12,694 nt of DNA from Deinococcales bacterium (GTDB lineage Bacteria; Deinococcota; Deinococci; Deinococcales; JAAFIG01), in assembly GCA_013298185.1 (NCBI GenBank), contig JAAFJQ010000110.1, forward strand, positions 1-12,694. The letters run 5' to 3'. The notes under the pieces were generated by a model. It was not told where the DNA came from and did not search any database. It saw nothing but the letters and a program-made list of their open reading frames with translations. The position numbers and the translations under genes were made by a program. This document shows, piece by piece, positions 11,683 to 12,694 of this stretch. Position 1 is the first letter of the stretch; the number at the start of each line of letters is the position of its first letter.

Positions 11683-12105
11683 ATGTGGAATGATGGTTTT
11701 CGTAACAGTATTCAATTCGTTGACCCCGGTTGGTTTTTCCTAGCTGGCTTTTTCAAGGTGCTGTGGTTTGTGTTTTTGATCGCCCTAATCTTCGCCGCAA
11801 TTCGTTGGTTCAGACATGGTGGTCGCGCTCGAGCCATGGCGTGGAGCGGTGGCAAAGAAAATTGGCGTGAAATGTGGCAACAAGGCAAGTGGCGTAACAA
11901 ATGGTCAAATTCAGATGATGCCTTGCAAACCGCTCGAGTCCGCCTTGCTAAATCAGAAATCTCCCCTGAGCAATTTGAAGACCTCAAGCAGCAACTCGAG
12001 ATTGCATCCGAATCCGATCCAGCCCTGAAAATCGCCCGTCAACGCCTCGCATCTGGTGAAATCAGCCTCGAGACCTTTGAGATGATTAAAAGGGCATTGG
12101 GTTAA
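11683..12105 (+). CDS. Membrane protein with two SHOCT-like C-terminal repeats
   Basis: AAGGAG SD upstream. N-terminal hydrophobic segments. Two repeats, RVRLAKSEISPEQFEDLKQQL and RQRLASGEISLETFEMIKRAL, match the SHOCT short C-terminal domain pattern. Confidence 0.7.
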   Translation: MWNDGFRNSIQFVDPGWFFLAGFFKVLWFVFLIALIFAAIRWFRHGGRARAMAWSGGKENWREMWQQGKWRNKWSNSDDALQTARVRLAKSEISPEQFEDLKQQLEIASESDPALKIARQRLASGEISLETFEMIKRALG

Positions 12106-12118
12106 GCAATTGGTCACG

Positions 12119-12233
12119 CACTCCCCCTCGCTTCGCTCGACCCCTCAAAGAGGGGTGCAAAGAGCCAGTTCAAGTGCCAAGGTTTTTAGTCCCCCTCTTT
12201 GAGGGGGAACGCGAGGCACGAGCGTGGGGAGTG
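12119..12233. repeat. Imperfect long inverted repeat with nested GC palindromes (REP/MITE-like intergenic element)
   Basis: The outer arms are CACTCCCC (12119-12126) and GGGGAGTG (12226-12233). CCCCTCAAAGAGGGG (12141-12155) is mirrored by CCCCCTCTTTGAGGGGG (12191-12207). It lies between the SHOCT gene and the response regulator. Confidence 0.6.
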
Positions 12234-12277
12234 GGTAAGAGTTTACGTCCTTCCTCTTTCCCCTTTCCTCCTTTATC

Positions 12278-12694
12278 ATGCCCTCCATGTCTGGCACTAT
12301 TTTAATTGTTGAAGACGAGACCCGCCTCGCGGATGTTCTCGAGGAGTACCTGCGCCGCGAGGGTTACAAAACCGAGCGGGCGCGGACTGGTTTGCGGGCG
12401 CTTGAGCTGTGGCGGGCGGCTGCGCCTGATTTGATTTTGCTGGATTTGATGCTGCCTGAACTCGATGGTCTCGAGGTGGCGCGGCGGGTGCGGGCGGAGT
12501 CCAGCACGCCAATTATCATGCTGACTGCTCGAGATGATGAGGTGGATAAACTGGTTGGGCTTGGCTTGGGCGCTGATGATTATGTGGTGAAACCCTATAG
12601 TCCGCGTGAGGTCATGGCTCGGGTCAAAGCGGTGCTACGCCGAGTCCAAGGCGCGGTGGTGTTGCCTCAAGTGCTGCGAATCGCTGAGATTGAA
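12278..12694 (+). CDS. OmpR/PhoB-family response regulator, receiver domain (3' end beyond window)
   Basis: M(PSM)SGTILIVEDETRLADVLEEYL ... DLILLDLMLPELDG ... PIIMLTARDDEVDKLVGLGLGADDYVVKPYSPREVMARVKAVLRR is a canonical receiver domain. The alternative in-frame ATG is at 12287. The ORF is open to the window end. Confidence 0.9.
   Translation, partial: MPSMSGTILIVEDETRLADVLEEYLRREGYKTERARTGLRALELWRAAAPDLILLDLMLPELDGLEVARRVRAESSTPIIMLTARDDEVDKLVGLGLGADDYVVKPYSPREVMARVKAVLRRVQGAVVLPQVLRIAEIE

Noticed and set aside
12297-12512. Minus-strand 71-aa ORF rich in Ala and Pro.
   Set aside because: It is antisense to the clearly recognisable response-regulator receiver domain, a typical GC-rich antisense artefact.

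Overview
The window is host chromosome interrupted from about 1.75 kb to 11.5 kb by an integrated filamentous-phage (inovirus-like) element. Host genes on the left, both on the minus strand, are a 5' fragment of a family-5 ABC solute-binding protein and a DUF1343/NamZ-like gene. Host genes on the right are a SHOCT-domain membrane protein and an OmpR-type response regulator. The insert carries an Ff-like gene string: three small ORFs, a Rep_trans-type rolling-circle initiator, a 91-aa candidate ssDNA-binding protein, a cluster of small membrane or coat-like proteins, a signal-peptide major coat protein followed by a hairpin terminator, a 553-aa adsorption-protein candidate, a g6p-like protein, a Zot/pI-like ATPase and a small 2-TM protein. 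An AT-rich non-coding region follows. There is no secretin gene. An 18-bp exact direct repeat (2081-2098 and 9786-9803) brackets this 7.7-kb phage core. An HNH endonuclease gene and a start/stop-overlapping tyrosine recombinase gene lie outside the repeats. Two paralogous Cys4 zinc-ribbon genes of 57 and 59 aa on the minus strand are absent from the ORF track, and one sits to the left of each repeat copy. Joining the two repeat copies would rebuild a split ORF that has a strong ribosome-binding site. This suggests the phage inserted into a small resident element of the form zinc-ribbon, core, HNH, integrase. The palindrome CTCGAG is strongly over-represented across the window with uneven density: about 58 sites by manual scan against roughly 3 expected. 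I saw no rRNA, tRNA or CRISPR array. All functional calls come from reading motifs by eye and need HMM or BLAST confirmation.
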